Origin: Candidatus Jettenia sp.
GTDB lineage: Bacteria > Planctomycetota > Brocadiia > Brocadiales > Brocadiaceae
Direction: 5' to 3'
Length of the DNA: 32,000 bases
Assembly: GCA_021650895.1 (NCBI GenBank)
Contig: CP091278.1
Coordinates: forward strand, 431,659 to 463,658
Within the stretch, counting starts at the first letter, position 1; each line of letters begins with the position of its first letter. The translations under genes were made by a program, and so were the position numbers. This document shows positions 1 to 8,578 of the stretch, piece after piece. The notes beneath the pieces were generated by a model. The model was not told where the DNA came from, did no database searches, and saw only the letters and a list, made by a program, of their open reading frames with translations.

Positions 1-26
1 GAGTTCCAACTGAGTGTTTCATAAAA

Positions 27-458
27 CTATTTTTGAGATTTATTTTGTCTCTTTGATTCAATTAATTTGGAAAAATACTCTAATGTATCCAGATCCATTT
101 GTGCCATATAATCCATAAAATGTGCCATTACTGAATGAGGAGAAAGTTCAGAAGCCCCCTCCATAACCTTTTTAGATACAAATTCAAAAAACTGCTCTTT
201 GTCATAAATTGGTGTATAAAAATAGGTCTTTCTCACTTTTTTCCTTTTTAGAAATCCCTTATTAACGAGCCGGTTTGTAACAGTAATTACGGCAGAGTAA
301 GAAATATTCTTGTTAACGGAGAAAGCTTTTAGTATATCCCTTATGCTGGACTCTCCACAGTTCCACAAAGCTTCCATTATATCCTTCTCCAATGGACCCA
401 ATACCTGATTTATTCCTTCCTTGAAAGGATTGAAATGAAATTTTAGTTGTTTGCTCAT
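27..458 (-). CDS. BlaI/MecI/CopY-family (penicillinase-repressor type) winged-helix transcriptional repressor, 143 aa
   Basis: Full ORF from the track. The N-terminal half (LGPLEKDIMEALWNCGESSIRDILKAF...SYSAVITVTNRLVNKGFLKRKKVRKTYFYTP) has the wHTH layout and length typical of this family, followed by a helical C-terminal tail. Another ORF starts 4 nt downstream (ATG at 22..20, MKHSVGT..., runs off the window), which is where an M56/BlaR1-type sensor partner usually sits. Family call is by motif recall, not by search. Confidence 0.55.
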   Translation of the reverse strand: MSKQLKFHFNPFKEGINQVLGPLEKDIMEALWNCGESSIRDILKAFSVNKNISYSAVITVTNRLVNKGFLKRKKVRKTYFYTPIYDKEQFFEFVSKKVMEGASELSPHSVMAHFMDYMAQMDLDTLEYFSKLIESKRQNKSQK

Positions 459-516
459 GCTTGGTTCTTTTCAGTAATAGATAAAACAGTTATTATAAAT
501 ATGTATCAAGATTATT

Positions 517-539
517 ATATTCTACACAGCGTAGAATAT
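517..539. promoter_or_regulatory. Candidate operator: perfect 9-bp inverted repeat ATATTCTAC-N5-GTAGAATAT
   Basis: Read directly: 517-525 ATATTCTAC and 531-539 GTAGAATAT. It lies in the 216-bp AT-rich divergent region between the repressor gene (start 458) and the cpsB-like gene (start 675). Several TGTA/TACA tetramers nearby resemble the half-site core used by BlaI/MecI/CopY proteins. Confidence 0.3.
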
Positions 540-674
540 TCAAGGAGAATGTATAAAATTTTTGTATTCTGTGTAAATTAAAAAATTTTATAAATTTTCC
601 TGTACTTCTCTTATAAAATTTACTAATTTTATAGTTAACATTGCTTCTTTTGGATTTATATAACTTGTTTTTCA

Positions 675-1400
675 ATGATAGATATTCATACACATATACT
701 GCCGATGATAGATGATGGTCCTGCAACAATACAAGAATCGATAGAAATGTGTAGGATTGCGGTAAATGACGGAATAAAAAAGATAATAGCTACACCTCAT
801 GTGCAAAGTAAGGTGGATAACGAGGACACAATATTTGAGAAAATAGATATATTAAATAAAGTACTGAAGCAAGAGGGTTTGGACCTGGTAATATTTCCAG
901 GGGCTGAGTTACATTTGAACGACCAACTATTACATGCCGATGTTTTAAAAGAAAGTCGTATGCTTACCTTAAATGGTAATAAGAAATACATTCTTTTAGA
1001 ATTTTCGTTTCAGTGGGTGCCTCCAGAAGCAGAACAGGTTATTTTTGCATTGAAGGCGATGGGATTTACCCCAATTTTACCTCATCTTGAGAGAAATTTC
1101 AGAGTTCAAAACAACCCTGGTATTCTGATACGTTTTGTGGAGTCAGGCGCTATTTTACAAGTAACAGCACAAAGTATTGTAGGGAATTTTGGTAGGGCTT
1201 CGAAGAAATGTGTATTGTGGATGTTAAGGAATAGTCTCGTGCATGTAATTGCTTCTGATGCCCATTCTCCCATTGGAAGACCTCCGGTACTTTCTCATGC
1301 CTTAAAGGTTGTATCTGCCATGCTCGGTGAATATTCAGCCAGAAAGATGGTGCTGGACCATCCAAAAATGATATTAGAAGGCATACCATTTGTTAGTTAA
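675..1400 (+). CDS. CpsB/YwqE-type PHP-family protein-tyrosine phosphatase (capsule/EPS regulation), 241 aa
   Basis: N-terminus MIDIHTHILPMIDDGP, then IATPH, and a later SDAHS motif. These are the metal-binding His/Asp blocks of the CpsB/CapC PHP phosphatase family, and the length is typical. Confidence 0.75.
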   Translation: MIDIHTHILPMIDDGPATIQESIEMCRIAVNDGIKKIIATPHVQSKVDNEDTIFEKIDILNKVLKQEGLDLVIFPGAELHLNDQLLHADVLKESRMLTLNGNKKYILLEFSFQWVPPEAEQVIFALKAMGFTPILPHLERNFRVQNNPGILIRFVESGAILQVTAQSIVGNFGRASKKCVLWMLRNSLVHVIASDAHSPIGRPPVLSHALKVVSAMLGEYSARKMVLDHPKMILEGIPFVS

Positions 1401-1525
1401 TCCTCATAAAGTCAAAGGCAGTTATTCAAGGTATCATCGTCTTCATCCTTACTGTATTCGGTATCTACAGAGGAGGGCCGATCTTTACTTTCTGTGAGAC
1501 AATTTTTAAGAAAAGAGGAGGATAA

Positions 1526-2461
1526 GTGAAAATACTTGTAACTGGAGGAGCTGGTTTTATTGCATCTCATTTAGTAGATAAATTGATTGCGGAAGGGCAC
1601 CATGTAGTTGTTATTGATAACCTTTCTGCCGGGCGGAGGGAGAACATTCATACGAATGCGATATTTTATAAAATAGATATTTGTGATGCTGTAGCGCTGG
1701 AAGAAGTGTTTAAGCAGGAGAGGCCAGAGATTGTCAATCATCATGCTGCTCATGTTAACGTACGCAAATCAGTAGAGATGCCAGTTTATGATGCGAACAT
1801 TAACATTCTTGGTTCCTTGAATCTTTGTGAATTATCTAAGAAATATAAGATTAAGAAATTTATCTATGTCTCAACAGGAGGAGCTGTTTACGGAGAACCC
1901 AAGGATTTACCCGTCAAAGAAACCTGCCCTGTTGAACCACTTTCTCAGTATGGTGTAAGTAAGCATACGGTAGAGCATTATTTGTCTATTTTTCATAAAC
2001 TATACAATTTGAATTTTACCATTTTAAGATATCCGAATGTATATGGTCCAAGGCAATCTCCGCATGGTGAGGCAGGAGTGGTTGCAATCTTTAGCGAGCT
2101 GATACTCCAGAATACACGTCCTACCATTTTTGGCGATGGTTCTAAGACAAGAGATTACGTTTACGTAGATGATATTATCAGGGCAAATCTCATTGTCTTA
2201 AATAATGTAGGAAATGGCGAGATTTATAATCTGGGATGGGGGAAGGAAATTTCCGACTTAGAAGTATTTCAGGCAGTTAGAAGGGCGTTAAAATCAGATA
2301 TTGAGCCTATTTTTAGTGAAAAAAGGCCCGGAGAAATTGATCATATCAGTCTAGATAGTTCAAAAGCATTAAAAGAGTTAAACTGGAGACCAGAAGCCAC
2401 CTTTGATGAAGGTGTTGCCTTAGCAACACAATATTATCAACGCTTACAAAAGACTCGTTAG
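1526..2461 (+). CDS. NAD-dependent epimerase/dehydratase (extended SDR, GalE/UDP-sugar 4-epimerase-like), 311 aa
   Basis: GTG start preceded by GAGGAGG. Rossmann motif VTGGAGFIASHL and catalytic YGVSK (YxxxK). Overall layout fits NDP-sugar epimerases. Substrate cannot be assigned from sequence. Confidence 0.8.
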   Translation: MKILVTGGAGFIASHLVDKLIAEGHHVVVIDNLSAGRRENIHTNAIFYKIDICDAVALEEVFKQERPEIVNHHAAHVNVRKSVEMPVYDANINILGSLNLCELSKKYKIKKFIYVSTGGAVYGEPKDLPVKETCPVEPLSQYGVSKHTVEHYLSIFHKLYNLNFTILRYPNVYGPRQSPHGEAGVVAIFSELILQNTRPTIFGDGSKTRDYVYVDDIIRANLIVLNNVGNGEIYNLGWGKEISDLEVFQAVRRALKSDIEPIFSEKRPGEIDHISLDSSKALKELNWRPEATFDEGVALATQYYQRLQKTR

Positions 2462-2570
2462 GGCAAAAGAGCGAGGTATGAGGTATAAGGTCTAATCTGC
2501 AATAAGAAGGTCCCCCTTAATTTCTAAGGAGGAACCAATCTTAAGGCAAGGGATTAAGATAAAAGAGTAA

Positions 2571-2966
2571 TTATCGTTTTGTCCACTGGAAGCTCTTTCG
2601 TGCTCCCTTTTGGCCGTATTTTTTCCGTTCTTTCATCCTGCTATCTCTGGTTAAAAAACCTTCATTACGTAAATTATCTACAAGAGAAGAATCTGATTTC
2701 GATAAAGCGCGTGCAATACCAAGGGATATAGCGCCAGCCTGACCTGTTATACCTCCTCCCTGGACATTTATCAATACATCGAATTCTCCTAACCTATTCG
2801 TGGTTTTTAAAGGAGACATAACGATACCTCTTTCCCGTTCTATAGGAAAGTACGTATCTAAATCCAGATTATTTACCATAATCTTTCCATCTCCTTTTTT
2901 CAATCGTACCCTTGCAATAGAGGTTTTACGTCTTCCTGTGCCCCAAATATATTGTTTTTCAGCCAT
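2571..2966 (-). CDS. rpsI: 30S ribosomal protein S9
   Basis: 131 aa, [14 protein letters not shown] near the N-terminus and C-terminal ...[23 protein letters not shown] lies 5 nt upstream of the ATG. Immediately downstream of rplM, as in most bacteria. Confidence 0.97.
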   Translation of the reverse strand: MAEKQYIWGTGRRKTSIARVRLKKGDGKIMVNNLDLDTYFPIERERGIVMSPLKTTNRLGEFDVLINVQGGGITGQAGAISLGIARALSKSDSSLVDNLRNEGFLTRDSRMKERKKYGQKGARKSFQWTKR

Positions 2967-2977
2967 TTTATCTCCTT

Positions 2978-3412
2978 CTAATTACGAATAATCAACTCTT
3001 TTGGTTGTTGTGCCTGGTGTGGGTGCTCGGTACCTGCATAAATTTTTAGTTTTCTTAACATTGCTTTCCCCAATCTTGATCTGGGTAACATTCTTTTTAC
3101 TGAACGGTTAAATACTTTTTCAGGCGCTGTTTCCAGGGTTTTTCCAACCATCCGCTTTCTTAAACCACTTTGGAAACCAGTTACATAATAGTGAATTTTC
3201 TCATCCATCTTTTTCCCGGTAAGTTTTACCTTGCTGGCATTGGTAATAATAACAAAATCTCCCACATCAACATGGGGGGTATATTCAGGCTTATGTTTAC
3301 CCTGAAGAACTCTTGATACTGTGGTTAACATCCTGCCCAAGACCTTATCCTCAGCATCGACTATATACCAATTCCTTTTTACATTCTCTTTTTTAGCCAT
3401 AAAAGTATTCAT
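2978..3412 (-). CDS. rplM: 50S ribosomal protein L13
   Basis: [27 protein letters not shown] is close to the canonical L13 N-terminus. I place the start at the second ATG (3412): GAAGGA abuts the first ATG at 3421 but is 9 nt from the second. Confidence 0.95.
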   Translation of the reverse strand: MNTFMAKKENVKRNWYIVDAEDKVLGRMLTTVSRVLQGKHKPEYTPHVDVGDFVIITNASKVKLTGKKMDEKIHYYVTGFQSGLRKRMVGKTLETAPEKVFNRSVKRMLPRSRLGKAMLRKLKIYAGTEHPHQAQQPKELIIRN

Positions 3413-3440
3413 TGTATACATTCCTTCAACTGTTAAAATT

Positions 3441-3473
3441 AAAAAGCGCCTTACATTAAGGATAAGGCGCTTT
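3441..3473 (-). terminator. Rho-independent terminator of the Cys-rich mini-gene
   Basis: On the minus strand: AAAGCGCCTTA-tccttaatg-TAAGGCGCTTT followed by TTTTTAATTTT. An 11-bp stem and 9-nt loop, about 40 nt after the stop at 3515. Confidence 0.7.
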
Positions 3474-3514
3474 CAAGTTATAAAGCTAATACTAGTTATC
3501 AATAAAAAATTTTG

Positions 3515-3691
3515 TTATCTTTTGCAATTACAACTTCCACCAGATTTTCCAACACAATGACTACAGGGGCAACCCTCCGGACATTGGCAAGAACCGGCAA
3601 TTACAGATTTAACAAGCATCGGTACATTCGTTAACCCAATCCCAAATATAAGCGCACCAAACAGTATTAATGAAATCCGTAACGTTTTCAT
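3515..3691 (-). CDS. Unannotated 58-aa Cys-rich mini-protein with N-terminal hydrophobic signal/anchor (MKTLRISLILFGALIFGIGLTNVPMLVKSVIAGSCQCPEGCPCSHCVGKSGGSCNCKR)
   Basis: Hand-translated codon by codon; below the 60-aa cut-off of the ORF track. ATG at 3691, AAGGAG 9 nt upstream, TAA at 3517..3515. It has a sigma70-like promoter upstream and a terminator downstream. There are 7 Cys and 1 His in the last 25 residues, arranged CxC...CxC..C.......CxC. Confidence 0.6.
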   Translation of the reverse strand: MKTLRISLILFGALIFGIGLTNVPMLVKSVIAGSCQCPEGCPCSHCVGKSGGSCNCKR

Positions 3692-3778
3692 TAATCATAT
3701 CTCCTTTTTAGAAATGATCGTATGTCAAGCAACCAAGCTACGATGTAATAACAAAAGGTCTCTGATAAAACTCACAAA

Positions 3779-3807
3779 TTTATATCAGAATGTATCCCAT
3801 TTGTCAA
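3779..3807 (-). promoter_or_regulatory. sigma70-like promoter for the Cys-rich mini-gene (TTGACA-17 nt-TATAAA)
   Basis: Minus-strand reading: TTGACA (3807..3802), a 17-nt spacer, then TATAAA (3784..3779). It lies about 90 nt upstream of the ATG at 3691. Confidence 0.5.
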
Positions 3808-3940
3808 TTATATTTTTATCTTCTTGTTAGATTAAATTTTGGTTGACATGCTTATGGGTTATTATTACCATTAGCTAGTCAAGATTTTTATAGTGATAAT
3901 CTAGCTTATATTTTTCTCTTTTTCTACGATAAATCTATAC

Positions 3941-4414
3941 ATGGCACAAGACATCTTAGCTGATTTAAGTACTTTGAATTTGAATACACCGATAGTGGAT
4001 ATTGAGGGTATTCGGACTATTATACCACATCGTTATGAAATGGAACAACTTAACGGTATTCTGAAATTCGATATGGAGCAGGGTATCATTGTAGGGTATA
4101 AAGATATTTCAAATAATGAATTTTGGGTACGCGGGCATATTCCTGGCAGGCCCCTCATGCCGGGGGTAATTATGTTGGAAGCAGCTGCGCAGTTATGCAC
4201 CTATTATTACAAACAAGCGACAAAGGACGATAGATTCCTTGGTTTTGGTGGTATAGATAAAGTCAAGTTTCGGGGAAAGGTCATTCCTGGTGATAGACTT
4301 ATTCTGATTGCAAAAAATAAGGAACTCCGCTCGCGAAGGGCTATCTTTGATACACAGGGAGTGGTAGACGGAAAGCTCGTTTTTGAGGGCATTATTATTG
4401 GTATGGTTGTTTAA
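3941..4414 (+). CDS. FabZ/FabA-like hot-dog-fold 3-hydroxyacyl-ACP dehydratase (orphan second copy), 157 aa
   Basis: IIPHRYEMEQL...FWVRGHIPGRPLMPGVIMLEAAAQL matches the FabZ signature (PHRxPF..., GHFPxxPxMPGV, EAxAQ) with the catalytic His and Glu present. It diverges from the canonical FabZ at 13975. Confidence 0.75.
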   Translation: MAQDILADLSTLNLNTPIVDIEGIRTIIPHRYEMEQLNGILKFDMEQGIIVGYKDISNNEFWVRGHIPGRPLMPGVIMLEAAAQLCTYYYKQATKDDRFLGFGGIDKVKFRGKVIPGDRLILIAKNKELRSRRAIFDTQGVVDGKLVFEGIIIGMVV

Positions 4415-5144
4415 GATGACGGAAAGGCTTAAGATAGCTGAAAGGTAATTTTAAGATCTTTGATTCTAAAAGATCTTTGATATGCCTGATACAATAATCA
4501 GGTTTTATGTGTTTTTCCCGCTCTTTCAAATACGCCTTATAATGTCTCCCATGTTCAAACATTATCGTAAGCATACCGAAGAATTTAGCGGCACATAATT
4601 CATCATCAATTTTATCTCCAACACAGACAATTTCTTCAGGTTTTAAATTATACTGTTGTATTATATCATAAAAACAATCCTTTTTTGCCCGGTTATAGTT
4701 CCTATCCGCAATAAATATATCATCAAAATAGGTATTGAGGCTCAGGATATCAATCTTTTCTCTTTGTATTTGTATCTCTCCCGAGGTAACAAGGATTAAT
4801 TTATAGCCCTGTGCCTTTAATTGTGTTAAGGTATTTATCACATCCGGGAAAAGGGTAATGTCTGCAATATCCACATGAATAAATTCTTCTAAGAGTTCCT
4901 GTGTGTATCGATTCGGGAGATTGTAAAGTGCTACAATTTTTTCGTAGATATTTATTCTTGTTCCGTACTTCTCCTCAATCTCGGATTGGAGAAGATATGC
5001 CTCTTCTTCGGTGCAATTGATTAATTTGGCAATCGTCTTTGCGACTTGTCTTCTACCCCGGTCTACTATCGTACCACTGCAGTCATAAAGGGTATCATCT
5101 AAATCAAGAATTATAGCCTTAATGTTTTTGAGATTTTTAATCAT
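4395..5144 (-). CDS. HAD-superfamily hydrolase (phosphatase-like), 249 aa
   Basis: Motif I ILDLDDTLYD, motif II-like LVTSG, motif IV GDKIDDE. The start is 2 nt after the stop of the upstream phosphorylase gene. The 3' end overlaps the convergent fabZ-like gene by 20 nt. Confidence 0.75.
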   Translation of the reverse strand: MIKNLKNIKAIILDLDDTLYDCSGTIVDRGRRQVAKTIAKLINCTEEEAYLLQSEIEEKYGTRINIYEKIVALYNLPNRYTQELLEEFIHVDIADITLFPDVINTLTQLKAQGYKLILVTSGEIQIQREKIDILSLNTYFDDIFIADRNYNRAKKDCFYDIIQQYNLKPEEIVCVGDKIDDELCAAKFFGMLTIMFEHGRHYKAYLKEREKHIKPDYCIRHIKDLLESKILKLPFSYLKPFRHLKQPYQ

Positions 5145-5146
5145 GT

Positions 5147-6844
5147 TTAGCTGAGATACGCCTCTGTTACGTACCGCCGCATCATGCGATGACTATTGAA
5201 ATAATAGGCAATTTTACCAATAGAATTTTTCATAACCTTTATCCACTGATCTTGATCGTGATAGTACATAGGGATAATAATATTTTCCAATTTGTTGTAG
5301 AGATCTTCAGCATCTGTTTTATCATTGACTATGGTAAGTGAGGATTCCGTGGGCTTTGGTCCGATAGACCAGCCAGTAATTCCCTCAATATGTCCCTCAA
5401 TCCACCATCCATCCAGAATGCTAAAGTTAATTACACCGTTGTGAGATGCCTTCATGCCGCTTGTGCCAGATGCCTCTCGTGGGCGTTGCGGTGTATTTAG
5501 CCAGACATCGACTCCGGATATTAACTTTAAAGCCATCTTAATATTATAATCCTTTAAAAAAATGATCTTGATCTTATCATTATTTATTTTTACAAGGTCA
5601 TTGATCTTTTTTATAATATCCTTGCCGGGACCATCCTTAGGATGCGCCTTTCCAGCATAGATAACTTGTAATCTTCCTTTCCCACAAATATGTAAGAGCT
5701 GTTCCATGTCTAAGAATAATAAATCAGCCCGCTTATAAGAAGTGAATCTTCTTGCAAATCCAATCGTTAAAACATTGGGATCTAATTCTATACTCGTGGC
5801 CTCTTTTACATACTCAATGAGGTCTTTCTTCGCAGAAAGGTGTGTCTGCCACAATTCTGAATCAGGAATAGTTTCTGCCCGGACAAATAATTCTGGCTCA
5901 TTGGCCCAGCCGGGGATATATTTATCATACAATTGTTTAAAACTTTGGCATGTCCATGTAAACGAATGAACTCCATTGGTAATTGCATAAATCTCATAGC
6001 CAGGGAAAAGATTCTTTGATACTTCACCATGCTTTTTTGCCACACCATTAACATATTCACTTAAGTTTAACGCAAGGAGTGTCATATCGAGGTACTTTTC
6101 ACCCCCGAGTTTTTTCAACTGCTCCAACGGGACAATATCACCAAGGATTTTTTTTACAAGATCGTAAGAGAATCGGTCATGGCCAGCCTCAATAGGGGTA
6201 TGGGTTGTAAAGACACACAGATCTTTTACGGCATCAAAATCCCAAACCCATTGCTCATGCCATACACTCTCAACATCTCTTTTGTTCTTTAAGAGAAGTT
6301 CTAGTGTTAGTAAGCTGGCATGTCCTTCATTCATATGATATTTTTTAATATGGTACCCAAGGGCACGAAGCATTCGTACACCGCCAATACCAAGTACAAC
6401 CTCCTGTTTGAGCCGATAACTATCATCACCACCATACAGAACAGCCGTTATCTCACGATCTTCGCTGGTATTCTCTTCAACATCAGTATCGAGATACAGG
6501 ACATCTACTTCACCTCCGGTAATGCTTTTTATTTTATAGCTCCAGGCTTGAATAAAGACCTTACGTCCCTCAATAAAAACCATAACCTTCTTTGATAAAC
6601 GTATCATAAATTTGGACGGATCCCAATGTATAGGAGACTCGATCTGTCTTCCGCTGGAATCAATATCCTGGCGAAAATAACCCTTTTTTGAGATAAGGGT
6701 AACAGCGACAAGTGGTATCTTAAGATCTGCGCATGATTTTATCGTATCTCCTGCAAGAACACCAAGACCACCACTATAGGTTGGTATATCATTGGAGAGG
6801 CCGATCTCCATTGAAAAATAGGCAATTTTTGTTTCGTTATTCAT
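5147..6844 (-). CDS. glgP: Alpha-glucan phosphorylase (GT35, short bacterial/archaeal-type glycogen/maltodextrin phosphorylase), 565 aa
   Basis: N-terminal AYFSMEIGL...YSGGLGVLAGD, and the PLP-lysine region EASGTSGMKA. Confidence 0.85.
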   Translation of the reverse strand: MNNETKIAYFSMEIGLSNDIPTYSGGLGVLAGDTIKSCADLKIPLVAVTLISKKGYFRQDIDSSGRQIESPIHWDPSKFMIRLSKKVMVFIEGRKVFIQAWSYKIKSITGGEVDVLYLDTDVEENTSEDREITAVLYGGDDSYRLKQEVVLGIGGVRMLRALGYHIKKYHMNEGHASLLTLELLLKNKRDVESVWHEQWVWDFDAVKDLCVFTTHTPIEAGHDRFSYDLVKKILGDIVPLEQLKKLGGEKYLDMTLLALNLSEYVNGVAKKHGEVSKNLFPGYEIYAITNGVHSFTWTCQSFKQLYDKYIPGWANEPELFVRAETIPDSELWQTHLSAKKDLIEYVKEATSIELDPNVLTIGFARRFTSYKRADLLFLDMEQLLHICGKGRLQVIYAGKAHPKDGPGKDIIKKINDLVKINNDKIKIIFLKDYNIKMALKLISGVDVWLNTPQRPREASGTSGMKASHNGVINFSILDGWWIEGHIEGITGWSIGPKPTESSLTIVNDKTDAEDLYNKLENIIIPMYYHDQDQWIKVMKNSIGKIAYYFNSHRMMRRYVTEAYLS

Positions 6845-6858
6845 TTTTCATAACATAT

Positions 6859-8292
6859 TTATAGATGTATAGATTGATCAATAGCTGCATGGGCAGCCTC
6901 AAGAATAGCCTCTGAAAGGGTAGGGTGGGGGAATATCGTATTTGATAATTCAGTGATTGTTCCTTCAAGAACAGTAGTCAGCGACATACCCCACATGAAT
7001 TCACCGACATTTGGGCCTAGTGCATGTGTCCCTAATATCTCACCATATTTTTCATCAGTAATAATCTTTATGATCCCGTCTCCATATTCCCCTTCGATAA
7101 TGGCTTTGCTATTTGCAATAAGTGGAAATTTACCAACTTTTATTTTGTATCCTTTACTTTCTGCCTCTTCCTGAGTAAATCCTATACTAGCTACCTGTGG
7201 AGAGCAATACGTTACTCTTGGTATATTTTGATACGGTAGTGCGGTAGTTTTTTTCTCTGCAATGTGAGAAACAGCATGTAATCCTTGTTTTGATGCCTTA
7301 TGAGCAAGAAGTGGCGGACCTGTAATATCTCCGATTGCAAAGAGCCCTTTTTTGCTGGTTTCCATGGTCTCGTTAATCTGAAGATACTTCCCTTGGAAAT
7401 CCAATGACAAATTTTCAATCCCCAGATCTTGTAACGCAGGTGTTCTACCTAACGCGAGGAGTAGACAATCTGCCTCCAGATAATCTCTCTTTTCTCCTGG
7501 AGTAGGGGGGGGAGAGGTGCTGTTTTTCCTTTCTATCTTTACACGAACACCTTGTCGAACCTCGACTGTTTCTAAGGAGGTATCCGTTAAGGTTTCTATT
7601 CCTCTTTTGGTAAAAACTTTCCTTAAAATAGTACTTATCTCTTTATCTTCGCCAGGGAGGATCGTATCCATACGCTCGATGATTGTTACCTTAGTTCCAA
7701 GGATGTTAAATAGGTAAGCATATTCTACACCAACGGCGCCTCCACCTGCAATAATCATGGATTTAGGAATTTCTTCCAAGAGCAATATATCATCGCTGGT
7801 AAATACAAATTTGCCATCATGAGGAATTTCTTTTGGTATGAAAGGTGTTGATCCCGTAGCAAGAATAATATTCTTCGCAGTTATTGTATCAATGTCTGTT
7901 TCATTTTTTTCAATCAATATCTCGTGTAAAGATGTGAGCCGCCCTTTACCTTTAATAACGTTCACACCATTCTTCTTGAGGAGGAACTGTACCCCCTGGA
8001 ATAACCGTTTAACTACCGATTCTTTACGCCGGTGAAATTGTGGGTAATTAATACCTAATCTATCAGCGATAATTCCATATTCAGTTGCTTTCGTAAATTT
8101 ACTGTAAAGGTCTGCGGAATGGAGAAGTGCTTTTGTTGGGATACACCCCTGGTGCAAGCAAACACCACCAACCTTATCCTTCTCAATAAGAGCTGTTTTT
8201 AATCCTAACTGAGCAGCTTTAATAGCAGCTACATAGCCGCCTGGTCCTCCACCGATAATCACAAGGTCATACGTAAATCTTTTTTCGGACAA
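6859..8292 (-). CDS. lpd: Dihydrolipoyl dehydrogenase (E3 component)
   Basis: GGGPGGYVAAIKAAQLG FAD motif, redox disulfide GGVCLHQGCIPTK, second Rossmann GGGAVGVEYA, C-terminal HPTLSE. TTG start at 8292. Confidence 0.9.
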   Translation of the reverse strand: MSEKRFTYDLVIIGGGPGGYVAAIKAAQLGLKTALIEKDKVGGVCLHQGCIPTKALLHSADLYSKFTKATEYGIIADRLGINYPQFHRRKESVVKRLFQGVQFLLKKNGVNVIKGKGRLTSLHEILIEKNETDIDTITAKNIILATGSTPFIPKEIPHDGKFVFTSDDILLLEEIPKSMIIAGGGAVGVEYAYLFNILGTKVTIIERMDTILPGEDKEISTILRKVFTKRGIETLTDTSLETVEVRQGVRVKIERKNSTSPPPTPGEKRDYLEADCLLLALGRTPALQDLGIENLSLDFQGKYLQINETMETSKKGLFAIGDITGPPLLAHKASKQGLHAVSHIAEKKTTALPYQNIPRVTYCSPQVASIGFTQEEAESKGYKIKVGKFPLIANSKAIIEGEYGDGIIKIITDEKYGEILGTHALGPNVGEFMWGMSLTTVLEGTITELSNTIFPHPTLSEAILEAAHAAIDQSIHL

Positions 8293-8421
8293 TTATCCTT
8301 CCTTTTTCCATGTAAATAATATAACAAATATAAGTGCAACAGCAACAATTACGATTGTTTTTGGACTAATATCCGGAATAACTGATTTTTCCATAGATAA
8401 AGATAGCAATTTACCGATCAT
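8293..8421 (-). CDS. Possible 42-aa single-pass membrane peptide (MIGKLLSLSMEKSVIPDISPKTIVIVAVALIFVILFTWKKEG) coupled to lpd
   Basis: Hand-translated. GGAGGT lies 9 nt upstream of the ATG at 8421. Its TAA (8295..8293) directly abuts the TTG start of lpd (8292). One clear hydrophobic helix. No family recognised. Confidence 0.4.
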   Translation of the reverse strand: MIGKLLSLSMEKSVIPDISPKTIVIVAVALIFVILFTWKKEG

Positions 8422-8517
8422 GATAGTATAACCTCCTTTTTCGGATTAAAGATTTACGAAATATTTTTTGTTTAGATACCCGTTACATACAGAAATCATA
8501 GATTCTCATTAATTATA

Positions 8518-8552
8518 AAGGCACATCAAAGATGTTGAGATTGATGTGCCTT
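8518..8552 (-). terminator. Hairpin terminator-like element after the radical SAM gene (end of the six-gene operon)
   Basis: AAGGCACATCAA-N11-TTGATGTGCCTT, a perfect 12-bp stem, about 27 nt after the stop at 8579. It is followed on the minus strand by TATAATTAAT, which is T/A-rich but not a clean U-tract. Confidence 0.5.
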
Positions 8553-8578
8553 GTAAATCAAGTTGAATAATCGCTTCG

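Noticed and set aside
493-729. 78-aa minus-strand ORF in the divergent promoter region
   Set aside because: It is AT-rich and low complexity, overlaps the cpsB-like start and has no RBS, so it is probably spurious.
2462-2570. Short inverted repeats (CCTTAatttcTAAGG; ATCTTAAggcaagggaTTAAGAT) between the convergent epimerase and rpsI genes as bidirectional terminators
   Set aside because: The stems are short and A/T-rich with no flanking U-tracts. The evidence is too weak to annotate.
3515-3691. Calling the Cys-rich mini-protein a SCIFF/ranthipeptide or sactipeptide precursor
   Set aside because: No radical SAM maturase, peptidase or transporter is adjacent; the nearest rSAM gene is 5 kb away in a separate operon. 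The N-terminus looks like a membrane or signal helix rather than a RiPP leader. I kept it as an open possibility only.
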